A DNA stretch of 28,746 nt from Deltaproteobacteria bacterium (GCA_030262795.1 JAJSZO010000002.1:1-28746); one strand, 5' to 3'. Shown: positions 15,586-25,600, numbered from the stretch's first letter. The notes: generated by a model from the sequence alone, not told the origin. A program made the numbers and translations.

Positions 15586-16053
15586 ATGAATAACGAGCTT
15601 ACTTTTAATAAGAACATTCTTATTGCAGTTGATGAGTCAGAGAACGCCCGTCGTGCGGTTTTATATGTAGCTCAACTTCTGGAAGGCGCTACGGGCTTCA
15701 GCGTTACTATTCTGCATGTAATTAATGAACCGGAAGAAGATTATTTTCCTACAACCGATGAAAAGGAGAAATGGCTCAGTCAGTATAAAAAGAAAGTTGA
15801 TAAAATGCTTGAGGACTACCGTCAGATATTGATACAAAAGGGGTTTGATCGGAGCGTGGTTTCGGTTCGCTCTACCATACGCTACTGTCCATCCATGGCA
15901 CAATGTATTCTGGAAGAAAGAGACGAGACCGAATACAGCACCGTAGTAGTTGGAAGACAAGGGCTTTCACGAAGTGAGGAATTTCTTTTTGGCAGTGTTT
16001 CCAGCAAAATAGTTAATTATGCGCGTAACTGCACGGTCTGGGTGGTTGAATAA
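15586..16053 (+). CDS. Universal stress protein (UspA family)
   Basis: ILIAVDESENARRA, TILHV, TVVVGRQGLS...LFGSVSSKIVNYARNCTVWVVE; AAGGAGG RBS. Confidence 0.9.
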   Translation: MNNELTFNKNILIAVDESENARRAVLYVAQLLEGATGFSVTILHVINEPEEDYFPTTDEKEKWLSQYKKKVDKMLEDYRQILIQKGFDRSVVSVRSTIRYCPSMAQCILEERDETEYSTVVVGRQGLSRSEEFLFGSVSSKIVNYARNCTVWVVE

Positions 16054-16077
16054 AACAGCTCAGAAGAGCGCCGTTTT

Positions 16078-17442
16078 TTATTTGACCTTATAAGCCTTTT
16101 CAAGCAGGAGTCTGCCGGTTTTTGAATAAACGTAAATTGTGGCTGTTTTGAAATTTTCATTTGTCTTTATGTCAGAGAAGTCGCCGCAAATAAACATAAA
16201 TCGGATTATGGAAAAAAATTTCCCTTTTTTAAAGAATATTGGCCTGCCGTCCTTAAGGGAAGTTTCCGGACAGACTCTAAAAGGCTCTTGAGATTCCTTT
16301 TCAGGCTTAAGAACCACAAATGTATATCCTTCAATCCTTCTGCCATCAATGTTTCTCAGTTTTAACTTAAATGCTATTGAATCGTTTTTCGGCTCTCGCC
16401 GGATTTCAAATTTTTCGACCAACACCCTCTCATCCGGTGAGGCTGTTTCTTTTACTTTATCTGTCGCAACCGGATGAGCAGGCGGGTACAGGCGTCTATC
16501 ATTAAAATAGGATTGAATATTTAAATCAGAAGATAATTCATCAAATGTTCTGGCTTTTATTAAGTTCTCACTTGCTCTGACATAGAAACCAGGGTTAATT
16601 TCTATAGCTTTTTCAAAGCAAGTAATTGCTTTTTCAACATTCTTTTCTTTTAAATAAATACATCCCAGGTTATTATAAGCTTGTGCTTCATTTCCTCCTT
16701 TTCTGAAAGCTTCCAATGCTTCCCGGTATCTCCTTAGTTTAGACAAAGCCATGCCTAAGTTGTTATAAGTCTTGCTTTTGGAATATTTTGTTTCTAATGC
16801 TTTGTTAAATGCATTGATTGCTTTTTTGTACTCTCCCGCCAGAGAGTACGACGCGCCCAGATTATTGTACAAAAATCCCTCACCAGGCTTCAAACTGATT
16901 GCTTTGTTATATTTATGAATAGCCAGATGATATTTTTCTTTGTAGTCATAGATAATTCCCAAAAAATTGTGAACCTTCCAAAGCCCTGGATCCAGTTCAA
17001 TGGCTTTTTGAAAATTTTTTTCCGCTTCGTCATATTTCTTCATTTGAAAAAAAGCTTGCCCCATGCCCTTGTAAGCTAAAGCATGCCCGGATTTTTCCTT
17101 AAGGACCTTTTGAAATTCCTTAATGGCGTCTTGATTTAATCCCCCGATAACAAACAACATACCTTTTTTGTAAACAACCTCAATATTGTCAGGCTTGAGT
17201 TGCAAAGATTTTTCGTATTGCACGAGAGCCTTTGGGAGATTACCTCTGTTCAAAAAAGCATCTCCCGATTTTTCAAGCTCATCGCTTGTCATGGCAGGCA
17301 AAGTTTTTTTATTCGAGGGTTCGTAAAAATTGTTATATCTGTCTTGTGACCGCAGATTTTGCTCCTGTGCAGCGCAACCCGATAAAATACCTGCCATTAG
17401 AATTGCTATGAGAAAAAATATTCTGAAATGCATTGTTTTCAT
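16078..17442 (-). CDS. TPR-repeat lipoprotein (TadD-like N-terminus) with extra C-terminal beta-rich domain
   Basis: Lipobox ILSGC; multiple TPRs (YNNLG..., AYKGMG..., A..F.KAIELDP); lies at the end of the Tad locus. Confidence 0.75.
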   Translation of the reverse strand: MKTMHFRIFFLIAILMAGILSGCAAQEQNLRSQDRYNNFYEPSNKKTLPAMTSDELEKSGDAFLNRGNLPKALVQYEKSLQLKPDNIEVVYKKGMLFVIGGLNQDAIKEFQKVLKEKSGHALAYKGMGQAFFQMKKYDEAEKNFQKAIELDPGLWKVHNFLGIIYDYKEKYHLAIHKYNKAISLKPGEGFLYNNLGASYSLAGEYKKAINAFNKALETKYSKSKTYNNLGMALSKLRRYREALEAFRKGGNEAQAYNNLGCIYLKEKNVEKAITCFEKAIEINPGFYVRASENLIKARTFDELSSDLNIQSYFNDRRLYPPAHPVATDKVKETASPDERVLVEKFEIRREPKNDSIAFKLKLRNIDGRRIEGYTFVVLKPEKESQEPFRVCPETSLKDGRPIFFKKGKFFSIIRFMFICGDFSDIKTNENFKTATIYVYSKTGRLLLEKAYKVK

Positions 17443-17487
17443 TTGTCAACCTGTTTTGTGTTTATGGTGTAACTTCTCAAAAAAATA

Positions 17488-18108
17488 TCAGAAATGATAA
17501 GCAGCTCCTATAATGAAGTTAAAATACCTGATATCATCAAGATCGCCAAATCCAAATGTGTAGTTTCCTTCAATGCCGATGGAAATGTCTTGAGCTGTAA
17601 AAAAGTCTAATCCTAATCCAACCTTGCCACACAAATCTATCTCGTCATTCGAGCCTGAAATAGATGTTTTGTCAGGCAACGCTGAACTGAAAAATTCATG
17701 TTTTGAATCAGCATGCATAAGTCCTGCGCCGACAATTGTCGATAATTTTACTTTTTCAGTGGAAATCGGAAAATACCCTTTTAGTGCAAACATACATGTG
17801 AATATTTCAAGATCGCCCTCCTCCTTAAAACGTGTGCCGGATACTTTGTAGCTCTCATCATATTCAAAGTTATTCAGGTAATCAAAGTCAAGTTCAATAT
17901 CCAACAGAGGATGTGTGTGATAACCGATTTTCGCATTTACTCCCCATGAATTGTCATAATCAGGACCATTATCAAAATCCTCAACAGCATAAGAACCACC
18001 AGCTCCAACATAGAAGTTGCCAAGATGATTCTGCTCTGCATACAGCGATGTACATGAAAATATTACCGTCATTAATGCTAATACAGCAAAAAAGAAATGT
18101 CTTTTCAT
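17488..18108 (-). CDS. Outer-membrane beta-barrel protein (OmpA/OmpW-like 8-strand, porin family)
   Basis: Signal peptide from MKRHFFF (GAGGAG RBS), FYVGAGGSY, alternating beta strands, C-terminal AAYHF (terminal Phe). Confidence 0.8.
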   Translation of the reverse strand: MKRHFFFAVLALMTVIFSCTSLYAEQNHLGNFYVGAGGSYAVEDFDNGPDYDNSWGVNAKIGYHTHPLLDIELDFDYLNNFEYDESYKVSGTRFKEEGDLEIFTCMFALKGYFPISTEKVKLSTIVGAGLMHADSKHEFFSSALPDKTSISGSNDEIDLCGKVGLGLDFFTAQDISIGIEGNYTFGFGDLDDIRYFNFIIGAAYHF

Positions 18109-18174
18109 TATGTGTTCTCCTCTTTTCTCAATTTTTAAATTCCCATTGTGCGACACTTATTTTTTCCCACGCCT

Positions 18175-19218
18175 CTATTTCCCGCCATTCTCCTCAAGCA
18201 GCAGTTCGATCCGGCGGTTTTTTGCCTTGCCTTCCTCTGTCTCGTTAGAAGCAATCGGTCGCTGGAAGGAGAATGCCCGCGACTCAAAACGAGACTCCTC
18301 TATCCCTTTTTCTATGAGAAAGTGTACAATATTAATGGAACGAGCAGAAGCCAGCTCCCAGTTTGTTGCAAATGTTGATACAAGCTTAGGGCTGATCGGC
18401 ACATTGTCGGTATGTCCTTCGATTATGATATTTACACTCTTGCGATCCTTGAGTGTCTCCGCTACCTTGCAAAGCACGGACTTTCCCCTGTCAGACAATA
18501 CTGCAACCCCGGACGGATAGAGTACAGTTGCGGCGACCGTAATCTTGACCCCTTTGGGTTCCTGTGCAATTTCGACCTGCTTTTCGTCTGCAAGCTTCTT
18601 TCTGAGCGCCTCATAGATTGCATGGCTTGATGGGCGGTATGTTATATGAAATTCAAGATCATTCACGTTTGATCCATAATATGTGATAGTGTTGTGTCGA
18701 CGTACCCATTTGCCTTTGCGATTAGCTTTGTATTCAAAAGGTTCCAGGTTTATTGGAAACACCCATGAATAAGCGATTTTCTTAAAATTGCCAGGGCTGT
18801 TCCATAGTCCGTAATGGCCATCGGGTGTTTTTACTTTATCTCGCCAGTTATTAAAATTATAGACACCATCTTCACTGATCTGTAAGCCTGCTTCAAGGTC
18901 AATCCGCTCCAGGCCGGCAAAACTTTTTCCGGGCAGTTTCAGAAGGGTATAGCCGTTTTTTGAAGCTGTGTCCCATGTGTATTCATCAGGATAGATGTAA
19001 AGGAAATCCTTGATGTAATCCTCTGTTTTATAGCCTTCCCTGTTTCTAAACCACATATTGTATTTGGAGTAGTCTGAGCGGCTGGTTGTATATACCAACG
19101 CGTGCCGGCCATCTTCCTCAAGAAAATATATTTGTTCTGAAATAACGCCTGACGCTTCTGAAAACGATGCAGACACAAGCAGGCAAAATACTACCAACAT
19201 TTTTTTCAGATAAGCCAT
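18175..19218 (-). CDS. Exported protein with C-terminal OmpA/MotB peptidoglycan-binding domain
   Basis: Signal peptide; IIIEGHTDNVPI, NWELASARS, RPIASN..EEGKAKNRRIEL. The N-terminal ~190 aa are unrecognised. Confidence 0.82.
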   Translation of the reverse strand: MAYLKKMLVVFCLLVSASFSEASGVISEQIYFLEEDGRHALVYTTSRSDYSKYNMWFRNREGYKTEDYIKDFLYIYPDEYTWDTASKNGYTLLKLPGKSFAGLERIDLEAGLQISEDGVYNFNNWRDKVKTPDGHYGLWNSPGNFKKIAYSWVFPINLEPFEYKANRKGKWVRRHNTITYYGSNVNDLEFHITYRPSSHAIYEALRKKLADEKQVEIAQEPKGVKITVAATVLYPSGVAVLSDRGKSVLCKVAETLKDRKSVNIIIEGHTDNVPISPKLVSTFATNWELASARSINIVHFLIEKGIEESRFESRAFSFQRPIASNETEEGKAKNRRIELLLEENGGK

Positions 19219-19258
19219 TATGAAACCTCCCTCTTGGTTTTAATAATCAGGTATCCTT

Positions 19259-19346
19259 GTGTCAAGAGTCAAGGGTCAGGGGCCTTCAAACTTTTCGATC
19301 CTGACACCCGACTCCTGACTCTCCGACTCCTCACGCCTGACCCCTG
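19259..19346. repeat. Inverted heptamer tandem-repeat arms
   Basis: GTGTCAA GAGTCAA GGGTCAG GGG versus CCTGACA CCCGACT CCTGACT ... CCTGACC CCTG. Confidence 0.6.
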
Positions 19347-19350
19347 CTTT

Positions 19351-21063
19351 TTAGTTATCGTCTGTCACTTTAACAGATTCAGTAGTGATGTTTCCAAAGG
19401 GTGTAGTCACTTTTACCTGAAGCAGACCCAAGGTTCTGTCATTTTCGCTTGGTTCTAACAATATAGGATAAACAAGCGGCTGATCCAACTGGTTTGTATT
19501 TGGCACCGTAAAAGAGCTGTCGCCCACAATGTTACCGTTAGTCGTTGTGAATTCTATCTCTGTGCCCATCGGCATTGGATTATTGTTTAACTCACTAATG
19601 GAGATAAAAACTGTGTGACTGGATCCACCCCTTAGATCTACGGGGTCCGGCGAAAAATTTATATTCACAGCAAAACTGCCCGACATGATCAGGCGCATAG
19701 ACTTTTGAACATAGACCAGCTCCCTGGTGCACAGGCCCGCAGCCTCTGCGGCCTCGGAACACAACGTTCCGCTGTAGATTCCATTGCCGCTGCCGGTGAA
19801 TTCCCCATTATTATCAAAGTCCCAAAACGGTTCACCATAATCGTAATCCCAGCTATCGTTATCATCACGGAATACCTCACTCATATCGGTGGCTGAATCA
19901 AACAAATCCTCTTCGTCGAAAAACCCGTTCCCATTGTAGTCAACAAAGCTCTTCTCACCTATACAGAAAGCCAGAATCGTAACTCCGCCATCATCGGGCC
20001 TTGGATTGCCGCTACGCCATGTTACTTCGCAGACTCCCTCAATAATTGTGCCGGAATCGTCTATGGAACCTCCTTCAGTGGTAAAATAGACAATAGTTCC
20101 GTCAGGCACGAAATTATTGAAGTGGTCAGCAGCTTGAAATATTATCGGCACTTCAACATTATTATAATGCCAACCTTCGGGATTAAGTGTTTCAGCGGAT
20201 AATGAAATACTATTTTGATCGGGAAGACCGGTGCTTACGAGAAGTTCATCCGAGACCACTGTAATCAACGGATAGCTATCAGCTATAGTTGCATGAACTC
20301 GCACATGAGTAGAAACATTGCCCGCATTGACGGTAGTTTGAACCAGCCCTTCCGAATCTGAGACAGCGCTGGAATTTGATAGTGAGAGCCCACCAATTCC
20401 TGTAGAAAGCCGAAATTCTACGGTATCATTTTGAACTGGACTGCCATATATGTCAATGACTTTGAAAACAAGAACCGAGGTCTCTAAACGCGCCGGTCCC
20501 CCTGTACCTTTAAGCGCAATGGTTTCGGGGGTGGCAGAAATAAAATCTATGGAACCGGCAATAACATCAGCCACGCTTATTGTTGTTGTAGCACTCAGCG
20601 TTTCTTGGCCAATGTTCGCAGTAGCAGTAATGATATCAATTCCATCGCCTCCAGTTGCTTTATAGATCACATTGGCTGATCCGGTATCTGAGGTCACAAC
20701 ATTGTCAATGGCAGATAGTGCCTGTTCAGCAAAGTCAGACGTAAAGTTAATATCTACCTGATCTGTGTACGGATCACCATTGGAATTTATCAAGACCACC
20801 TCTACACGAACGCTTCCCCCTGCTGCCAGTACCTCACCAGGGGGCAAACTCAAGGCCAATTGCCCATCGACAAAATTTCCATCAATAATAGCCCCCATCT
20901 GCACGGTCGGAGCATCATTGTCATCTGAGTTCAAAATGTCTGCCACCCTGTTATTGGAGTTCAGAATGTTTGAACTCTCATCGCTGCTGCTACTACACCC
21001 AAAAATCAGCAAACTGCCCAAAAGAACAGCTAACGCGCTATTTAGTAAGTACTTCATGATCAA
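19351..21063 (-). CDS. Surface lipoprotein with bacterial Ig-like (Big_1/intimin-invasin-like) domains and Ca-binding-like DxNxxG motifs
   Basis: Lipobox LIFGC followed by a Ser-rich linker; SAVSDSEGLVQTTVNAG, QAADHFNNFVPDGTIVYFTTEGGSI; DYNGNGFFD and DFDNNGEFT. Confidence 0.7.
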   Translation of the reverse strand: MIMKYLLNSALAVLLGSLLIFGCSSSSDESSNILNSNNRVADILNSDDNDAPTVQMGAIIDGNFVDGQLALSLPPGEVLAAGGSVRVEVVLINSNGDPYTDQVDINFTSDFAEQALSAIDNVVTSDTGSANVIYKATGGDGIDIITATANIGQETLSATTTISVADVIAGSIDFISATPETIALKGTGGPARLETSVLVFKVIDIYGSPVQNDTVEFRLSTGIGGLSLSNSSAVSDSEGLVQTTVNAGNVSTHVRVHATIADSYPLITVVSDELLVSTGLPDQNSISLSAETLNPEGWHYNNVEVPIIFQAADHFNNFVPDGTIVYFTTEGGSIDDSGTIIEGVCEVTWRSGNPRPDDGGVTILAFCIGEKSFVDYNGNGFFDEEDLFDSATDMSEVFRDDNDSWDYDYGEPFWDFDNNGEFTGSGNGIYSGTLCSEAAEAAGLCTRELVYVQKSMRLIMSGSFAVNINFSPDPVDLRGGSSHTVFISISELNNNPMPMGTEIEFTTTNGNIVGDSSFTVPNTNQLDQPLVYPILLEPSENDRTLGLLQVKVTTPFGNITTESVKVTDDN

Positions 21064-21105
21064 TCTCCCTTCTTTCCAAATGTATTCTTTTCTTCTTTTA
21101 CTTTT

Positions 21106-22224
21106 TTATTCGACTAAACCCGGAATAGTGCCCTTGGTTCCGTAGTTTGAGCCACCTCCCCGGCCAATCTCTTTTATCTCACAGATGACTTGTGCCTGTA
21201 TTATTTTGTCAGGTGCGCCTTGAACCTCAGTGATGGTGACTGTGGCAAATCCTACTATAGTTATAGCACCGAGTGGATTGCTGCAGTCATCCCGGTCGTA
21301 GACTGGCACACTTGTTGTCCATGTGGTGGAATCCTCATCGACATCTAATATTCCGTCATTTAATACTTTCATGGCGTCGAAAAGGGCCTGCATTTCGTCG
21401 AATACAGAGGCTACAGTGCCTCCGGTAAACGTAAATTCTGTTTCACCGGCTTGTACCGGAGGAGTTTCATATGTTCTATCTGGTGGAGTAAGCTCCTCTA
21501 ATATTCTCCTAAGGCTATTAGCGTTTGCCGGGCTTTCCTTATAGGTATGCCAGCCTGCACATCCCTCAAGAGTCCCGGTAGGGTAAAACTTGATAGGCTG
21601 TTCACAGTATTCAGGTTTGTCAAACCATTTTTTTGAAATCCCCACAGGAAGTGGAAGTCCTCCCGGACCGGCTGTACTCTGACCGGTTAAGGCTGCGGTG
21701 GCATCTGCCCACACATCCACTGCATTTATGTTGAAGATTCGGGCAAAAAAAGTAAGTATTGCACCGTTGGCGCTGCCGTCCCGTCGTGCGATAACCCTTA
21801 CAGCATCCGGGCCGACAATTGGAGCCGGCGTCGCAGTCAATATGCATGTGCCTGTTTTGCAGTCCCAGGTGCCGATAGTCACGTCAGCATCATTGATGAC
21901 TATATTCGTTCCGGCTGCCTGATTTTTGAGGGCGACCTGCTGGACAACACTCACAATATCAGATCGAGAAAATACATGCGTTTGCTGCTCATCATAGGAC
22001 TTCATCTCATATATTGATCCCAGATATCCAGCCCCTGCCAATGCAGCGGCATCGGCCACGTTCTGGAGCTCGTTTTTAGTGACATACATATAACCCACGT
22101 CGACCGCCAATGCCGTAAAACCGATGAGCATGCTCAGAACAATGGCAACGATCACGGCGGCAACACCGGCCTGATTCCTGGCTTGTTCAAAAAGCTTGAA
22201 ATAGGATTTCATTTGCTTCCTCAT
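21106..22224 (-). CDS. tadG: TadG-like Flp pilus assembly protein
   Basis: QAGVAAVIVAIVLSMLIGFTALAVDVGY...ELQNVADAAALAGA (Tad N-terminal motif). Confidence 0.82.
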   Translation of the reverse strand: MRKQMKSYFKLFEQARNQAGVAAVIVAIVLSMLIGFTALAVDVGYMYVTKNELQNVADAAALAGAGYLGSIYEMKSYDEQQTHVFSRSDIVSVVQQVALKNQAAGTNIVINDADVTIGTWDCKTGTCILTATPAPIVGPDAVRVIARRDGSANGAILTFFARIFNINAVDVWADATAALTGQSTAGPGGLPLPVGISKKWFDKPEYCEQPIKFYPTGTLEGCAGWHTYKESPANANSLRRILEELTPPDRTYETPPVQAGETEFTFTGGTVASVFDEMQALFDAMKVLNDGILDVDEDSTTWTTSVPVYDRDDCSNPLGAITIVGFATVTITEVQGAPDKIIQAQVICEIKEIGRGGGSNYGTKGTIPGLVE

Positions 22225-22245
22225 TAGACCAAAGCTTTATATGAA

Positions 22246-22665
22246 TTATTCCATCCTCATCAATGAAGTAGCCCGTAAATTCAAGGGTCCGATCCCGATA
22301 TTAGATAAAAAGAGAAATGCGTACTCATAATCCACCTGTACTTCCAGATCGCATTGAAATATCAGGCATCGGGCAGGGATAACAATATCGTCAGCGGTTA
22401 ATACGTCGTTGCCAAAGGTAATTAGATGCTGTGCGCCGTAATTAAGCACGACCGTTTTAATTTCGTCGTTGGATAGCCGCTGCTGTCGCGCGATGATTCC
22501 GGCACGTGCGCCTTCCCGTGCTGCATTGGTAATGACCTGGCGGTTGAAGATGAACAAGCTGAACTCAATTATGCCGAACATCAGGGTAATGAGTAAGGAT
22601 AAAACAATCGCAAATTCAACTGCTGTTGCGCCTTTTTGATTAAAGAAAATACTCTTTTTCTGCAT
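22246..22665 (-). CDS. tadE: TadE-family minor pilin
   Basis: KGATAVEFAIV...GIIEF...NAAREGARAG. Confidence 0.87.
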   Translation of the reverse strand: MQKKSIFFNQKGATAVEFAIVLSLLITLMFGIIEFSLFIFNRQVITNAAREGARAGIIARQQRLSNDEIKTVVLNYGAQHLITFGNDVLTADDIVIPARCLIFQCDLEVQVDYEYAFLFLSNIGIGPLNLRATSLMRME

Positions 22666-22688
22666 TTTGAATTACCCTTCTTTTTTGT

Positions 22689-23087
22689 TCACTCCATTCG
22701 CATTATGGTTTGTGCGGACAGGGTTATGTCGGTGAAGTCCAGGATACCGCCGAATAAAAAATCGTAAACATAAGTGACTGTTACGGTACGGTCATTGTCC
22801 CCATCCGGTGCAGAGACAGTAACCGCGTCTGCCTGCAAGCCATTGGCGCCATTCAGGTTAATCAGCTTGCCGTTGCAGTAGTTTCTAACGATCTGTATGA
22901 TATCGGCTGTCCCTGTTTCCGCTACAATACCGGCACGAGCCCCTTCCCTGCTCGCATTGGTGATCACCTGCCGGTTATAGAACAAGAGCCCGAACTCAAT
23001 TGAACCGCAAACCAGTAGAATTAGAATCGGAAGGCAGAGCGCAAGCTCAACTGCGGCAACCCCTTTGTTGTTTTGTAAATATATCAT
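22689..23087 (-). CDS. tadE: TadE/TadF-family minor pilin
   Basis: KGVAAVELALCLP...GSIEFG...NASREGARAG. Confidence 0.85.
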   Translation of the reverse strand: MIYLQNNKGVAAVELALCLPILILLVCGSIEFGLLFYNRQVITNASREGARAGIVAETGTADIIQIVRNYCNGKLINLNGANGLQADAVTVSAPDGDNDRTVTVTYVYDFLFGGILDFTDITLSAQTIMRME

Positions 23088-23103
23088 CAGAGATTCCTGT
23101 TTG

Positions 23104-23249
23104 ACGGTTGTCGGTTTACGGTTTACGGTTTACGGTTCATGGTTGTCGGTTCACAGTGTTTTCAATGAACTATGCAATGATTGAAAACGGTTACTGGTTT
23201 TACGGTTAACCGCCAACTGTAAACCGTGAACCGACAACCGACAACCGTC
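23104..23249. repeat. Inverted heptamer tandem-repeat arms
   Basis: About 7 units of [AT]CGGTT[TGC] followed by inverted AACCG[TAC] units ending at the tadC stop. Confidence 0.75.
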
Positions 23250-24217
23250 TAAGAAGGATACAAAAGTACCTGGTATATGCGAATAGCTGCCGGCCCCAAA
23301 ATTACAACAAACAGAGACGGAAAAACAAAAAAGATCAAAGGCACCATTAACTTTACCGGCAGCTTTGCCGCTATCTCTTCTGCTTTCTGAAATCTTTTTG
23401 TTCTAAAGGAATCAGAAAAAACCCTCAGAGATTTGGCCACACTCGTGCCGAATTTGTCCGCCTGGATCAACAGGGTCACAAGGCTGTGAATGTCTTCAAT
23501 ACCGGTCCGCTCTGCCAGGTTTCTCAGCGCGTCTTGACGCGCCTTTCCCGCTCTTATTTCCAGGTTCAGGATATGGAGTTCTTCACTCAATACCTCGTTG
23601 CTTAACTTTATTTCTTTTGCCACCCGATTTATGGCTGCATCCAGCCCCATGCCTGTTTCCACACAGACCACCAACAGATCAAGCGCATCAGGAATTCCTT
23701 CAAATATCTTCTTTTTTCTGGCTGAAGTTTTCATGCGCAGCCAGATATCAGGCAAATAATAACCTGAAAAGGCAAGAAAACAGGAGGCAAAAAGTTTTGT
23801 GGAACCATCAACAGGTTTTAAAAAAGTAATTCCAAGAAAAAAACAGATGGGCAGAAAAAATGCGAACAAAAATTTACTTCCCCAAAAAAGAGCCGGAACA
23901 TTTGACCTGCGCAGGCCAGCCATAAGAAATCTGGTTCTCATTTGAGTATAATCCGCAGACTGTTCCGGGATCAAACGTTTACCTAATAAACTCAAGAAAT
24001 TTAAGATTGGGTTTTGGGCTGTGTCTTTGATTTCTGAAGATGATTTTTCTCTATTGGACACATTTCTGTTCTTACCGCTTTCCCGGAGTTTTTCTATCAG
24101 CTCACGAGCCTTAGCATTTTGGCGAATATATTGATCTAATCCCACAAAAAGCAGAAGCATTGCGAGAAAAGTTGATGCGGAAATTAAAATCGGAATATTT
24201 GAGATCGTGAATACCAT
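23249..24217 (-). CDS. tadC: TadC (T2SS F-family platform protein)
   Basis: IPDALDLLVVCVETGMGLDAA...G+....L....E..A.K...K...PL. Start MVFTISN at 24217 has a GAGG RBS. Confidence 0.9.
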   Translation of the reverse strand: MVFTISNIPILISASTFLAMLLLFVGLDQYIRQNAKARELIEKLRESGKNRNVSNREKSSSEIKDTAQNPILNFLSLLGKRLIPEQSADYTQMRTRFLMAGLRRSNVPALFWGSKFLFAFFLPICFFLGITFLKPVDGSTKLFASCFLAFSGYYLPDIWLRMKTSARKKKIFEGIPDALDLLVVCVETGMGLDAAINRVAKEIKLSNEVLSEELHILNLEIRAGKARQDALRNLAERTGIEDIHSLVTLLIQADKFGTSVAKSLRVFSDSFRTKRFQKAEEIAAKLPVKLMVPLIFFVFPSLFVVILGPAAIRIYQVLLYPS

Positions 24218-24315
24218 TTTTTGCCCCTCTATATTTAGTGCCTGAACGAAAACCCCAAAATATGGTTTTTTAATTTTGTTTAGAGATAGCCAACTCACTG
24301 AGATTGCTTCTTTTT

Positions 24316-24371
24316 TTAACTTAAAACCTAAAACTTAACACCGTGCCTGAGCAGGGTTTCCGTTCAGGCAC
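24316..24371. repeat. Heptamer run plus hairpin between tadB and tadC
   Basis: TAACT-TAAAACC-TAAAACT-TAACAC, then GTGCCTGA-13 nt-TCAGGCAC. Confidence 0.4.
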
Positions 24372-24387
24372 TATTTATAATACTATG

Positions 24388-25368
24388 TTATACTTTGATG
24401 TTGACCATTTTTTTCATGACAAGAATCCCTAATGCCATCATAAATAAAGCTATGCCAGACATTATCTTCCCTGCAGGCTCAGTAAACAGGGTGTTGATAT
24501 AATCCGGGTTTATGAAACGAAGAGCTATCATGATAAGAAAAGGTATGGCGCAAAGAATTATAGCCGATAATTTTCCTTCTGCGGCCAGGATCTTGACCTT
24601 GCCGTACAGCTTAAACCTTTCACGAATAATATAAGCCAGACTCTCTATAATCTCAGCAAGATTACCACCGGTTTCACGTTGCAAAATCACGGAAATGACA
24701 AAATATTTCAAGTCAGAGCAATCAATTCGATCTGTAAGGTTTTTCAATGCATCAGGAACGCTTACCCCAAAGTTGATTTCATTCAGGGTCTCATCAAATT
24801 CAGGGCCAAGCGGGTCGTCAAACTCATCGGCCGCCAGCTTCATGCCGCTTGGAAAGGCATGGCCTGCTTTCAATGAACGTGCAATCAATTCCAAAGCTTC
24901 AGGCAGTTGTCTCTGAAATTTCTCCATTCTTTTCTTTTTCTTCAAGCAAAAATAAAAAAAAGGAATTCCGGATAGTGACAGCGCAATTATTATGGAAAAA
25001 ATATACTTGTCTGTGATTAAAAACCCGACAAAAAAGCCTGTCAGCGCAAGAAACATTGTAAGTAATATAAAAACACCGAGACGATATTGTGCATTGGCCT
25101 GTTGTAATAACCGGTCTAACCGTTGGGGGCCGGGAATGCTCAAAAGAATTTTGTTCAGAAAGGGAACATCGCTTAGCAGTTTTTTTTTAAGAATATCAGG
25201 AAGTCCATCTTTATTTTTTCCGGCTTTGTTTTTTCCGGATGAAAATGTTCTCAGCCTTTTCCGGATTTTTTTGCGATCCGGGTTGCGTATCGTTCTGTAA
25301 GCATAAAAAATCATTTCTGTGATAAAGATTGATACGGCGAATATAATTATGGCAAGAAAAATTTTCAT
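24388..25368 (-). CDS. tadB: TadB (T2SS F-family platform protein)
   Basis: QLPEALELIARSLKAGH...ETGGNLAEII...IRERFKL..KVK.L.AEGKLSA. Confidence 0.92.
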   Translation of the reverse strand: MKIFLAIIIFAVSIFITEMIFYAYRTIRNPDRKKIRKRLRTFSSGKNKAGKNKDGLPDILKKKLLSDVPFLNKILLSIPGPQRLDRLLQQANAQYRLGVFILLTMFLALTGFFVGFLITDKYIFSIIIALSLSGIPFFYFCLKKKKRMEKFQRQLPEALELIARSLKAGHAFPSGMKLAADEFDDPLGPEFDETLNEINFGVSVPDALKNLTDRIDCSDLKYFVISVILQRETGGNLAEIIESLAYIIRERFKLYGKVKILAAEGKLSAIILCAIPFLIMIALRFINPDYINTLFTEPAGKIMSGIALFMMALGILVMKKMVNIKV

Positions 25369-25402
25369 TTTTTAACTCCATTCAAATTCAAACTGCTGCG
25401 AT

Positions 25403-25600
25403 TTACGCAGGGTTAAACAGATCCCGGGAAACCTCTATTCCGGCTGTATTAAATTTATCAATGAAGTTGGGTCGAACACCATGAAATCTGAATTCTCCTT
25501 CTATTTTACCATTTTCATCTATACTTTTTTGCCGGAATGAAAAAATCTCTTGTGTGGTGATCATATTTCCCTCCATCCCCGTGATTTCCTCCAAAGACTC
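25403..25600 (-). pseudogene. tadA: C-terminal ~65 codons of TadA/CpaF assembly ATPase
   Basis: SLEEITGMEGNMITTQEIFSFRQ...GEFRFHGVRPNFIDKF...LF is the conserved CpaF tail. Walker A/B and all upstream sequence are absent. Confidence 0.82.
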
